64,000 nucleotides of DNA from Syntrophales bacterium (lineage in GTDB: Bacteria; Desulfobacterota; Syntrophia; Syntrophales; UBA6807). This document shows positions 63,124 to 64,000 of this stretch, piece by piece. The notes beneath the pieces were generated by a model. The model was not told where the DNA came from. It worked only from the letters and a program-made list of their open reading frames with translations, and did no database searches. The position numbers were made by a program, and so were the translations under genes. The stretch spans positions 1 through 64,000 of the forward strand of contig JAXGPA010000005.1 in NCBI GenBank assembly GCA_040767195.1, written 5' to 3'. The stretch's first letter is position 1. Each line of letters opens with the position of its first letter.

Positions 63124-63328
63124 GACGCTTCTCCTTTGAAGCCCTCTGTTCTCGATTCGACAGGTTTTGACGGGCGTCTCGGTTAAATATCCCTTTGGGT
63201 TCCGATATGTCAAGCGAATTGTCGGGACGGGGCGGGAACCCGCAGGGCCGTCCCCAGCCGCGGCGGGATCAAGCCTTTTACCGGCTCCTTCCGTTCCGGC
63301 GGGGCGATAACGTCACGGGCGTTTCCTT

Positions 63329-63371
63329 AAAAAAAGCGACGGGGGCGGGCTCTCGCCCATCCCGGCCCGTC
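63329..63371 (-). terminator. Probable typA terminator
   Basis: Minus strand GC-rich hairpin (GGGCgagaGCCC core, GACGGG/CCCGTC outer arms) followed by TTTTTTT. Confidence 0.6.
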
Positions 63372-64000
63372 ACACCTGCTTTTTTGCCGGCCTTCTGTTT
63401 TTTTCCAGTTCCATTTTCCGGAGGCGGATGCTTCTGGGGGTCACCTCCACGAGTTCGTCCCCGGCGATGAACTCGATGGACTGGTCCAGGGACAGGCGCC
63501 GGGGGGGCCGCAGGGTCACGGTGGCCTCGGCGGTGGAACTCCGGACGTTGGACAGGTGTTTTTCCTTGGTGATGTTCACGTTGAGATCGCCGCTCCGGTT
63601 TCTTTCACCGATAATCATGCCCTCGTAGACTTCCGTTCCGGCCTCCACGAAGAGTTCCCCCCGGTCCGCCATGGCCAAGCTCGCGTAATTGGTCACCCGG
63701 CCGGACCGGTCGGATACGAGGGCCCCTGCCGCCCGCTGGGGGATGGGACCGAACCAGGCCTGATAGCCCTCGAAAAGGGTGTTCATCACGCCGGCCCCTT
63801 TCGTGTCCGTGAGGAAATGGCTCCGGAAGCCGATGAGGCCCCGGGAGGGAATGGTGAATTCCATCCGGACCCGGCCGCTTCCCTTGTTGACCAGGTTGGT
63901 CATCCGTCCCTTCCTTTCCGCCAGCTTTTCCGTGACGATGCCGACGAATACCTCGGGGACGTCCAGGAAGAGCCTTTCCACGGGCTCCAGGACGGTCTTG
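63370..64000 (-). CDS. typA: Translational GTPase TypA/BipA, C-terminal part (5' end beyond window)
   Basis: [37 protein letters not shown]. Confidence 0.93.
   Translation of the reverse strand, partial: KTVLEPVERLFLDVPEVFVGIVTEKLAERKGRMTNLVNKGSGRVRMEFTIPSRGLIGFRSHFLTDTKGAGVMNTLFEGYQAWFGPIPQRAAGALVSDRSGRVTNYASLAMADRGELFVEAGTEVYEGMIIGERNRSGDLNVNITKEKHLSNVRSSTAEATVTLRPPRRLSLDQSIEFIAGDELVEVTPRSIRLRKMELEKNRRPAKKQV

Overview
GC-rich bacterial chromosome segment. The gene content (tungsten-type aldehyde:ferredoxin oxidoreductase, Na+-pumping decarboxylase subunits, sigma54 regulation, GEMM riboswitch) suggests a strict anaerobe, plausibly Desulfobacterota/Syntrophales (inference). In order: a cytoplasmic PAS histidine kinase/NarL-type regulator pair; three paralogous small ORFs behind a duplicated promoter module, not called as such by the ORF track; recD2; a decarboxylase gamma/biotin-carrier/beta cluster; a MITE-like repeat; a thioesterase; an OYE-family oxidoreductase; a sigma54 activator followed by a 15-gene complex I (nuo) operon with a HydBC/Hnd-like input module; mrcB plus a TPR lipoprotein; a TetR-controlled enoyl-CoA hydratase/BrnQ/CoA-transferase cluster; a CDF exporter; a CBS protein; AOR; a nitroreductase; a secreted protein under a c-di-GMP-I riboswitch; dapF-dapL-purF-carA-guaA-carB-SGNH; a RAYT transposase flanked by inverted repeats; lepA-hemW; hemolysin III and PlsC-like genes; a polar amino acid ABC transporter with a KamA-family radical SAM gene; and the 3' part of typA. 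Best candidates for novelty: (1) the small-protein family ending in L[HR]D[AT]VW[EG][GI][YF] with its duplicated activator-box promoters beside a two-component system; (2) a sigma54-driven complex I whose NuoF has bifurcating-type architecture and an NADPH-type nucleotide pocket; (3) the RAYT element with 22-bp inverted repeats abutting lepA; (4) a KamA paralog with atypical substrate residues. No CRISPR array, tRNA or rRNA gene was seen. Family calls come from recognising motifs by eye, not from database searches.
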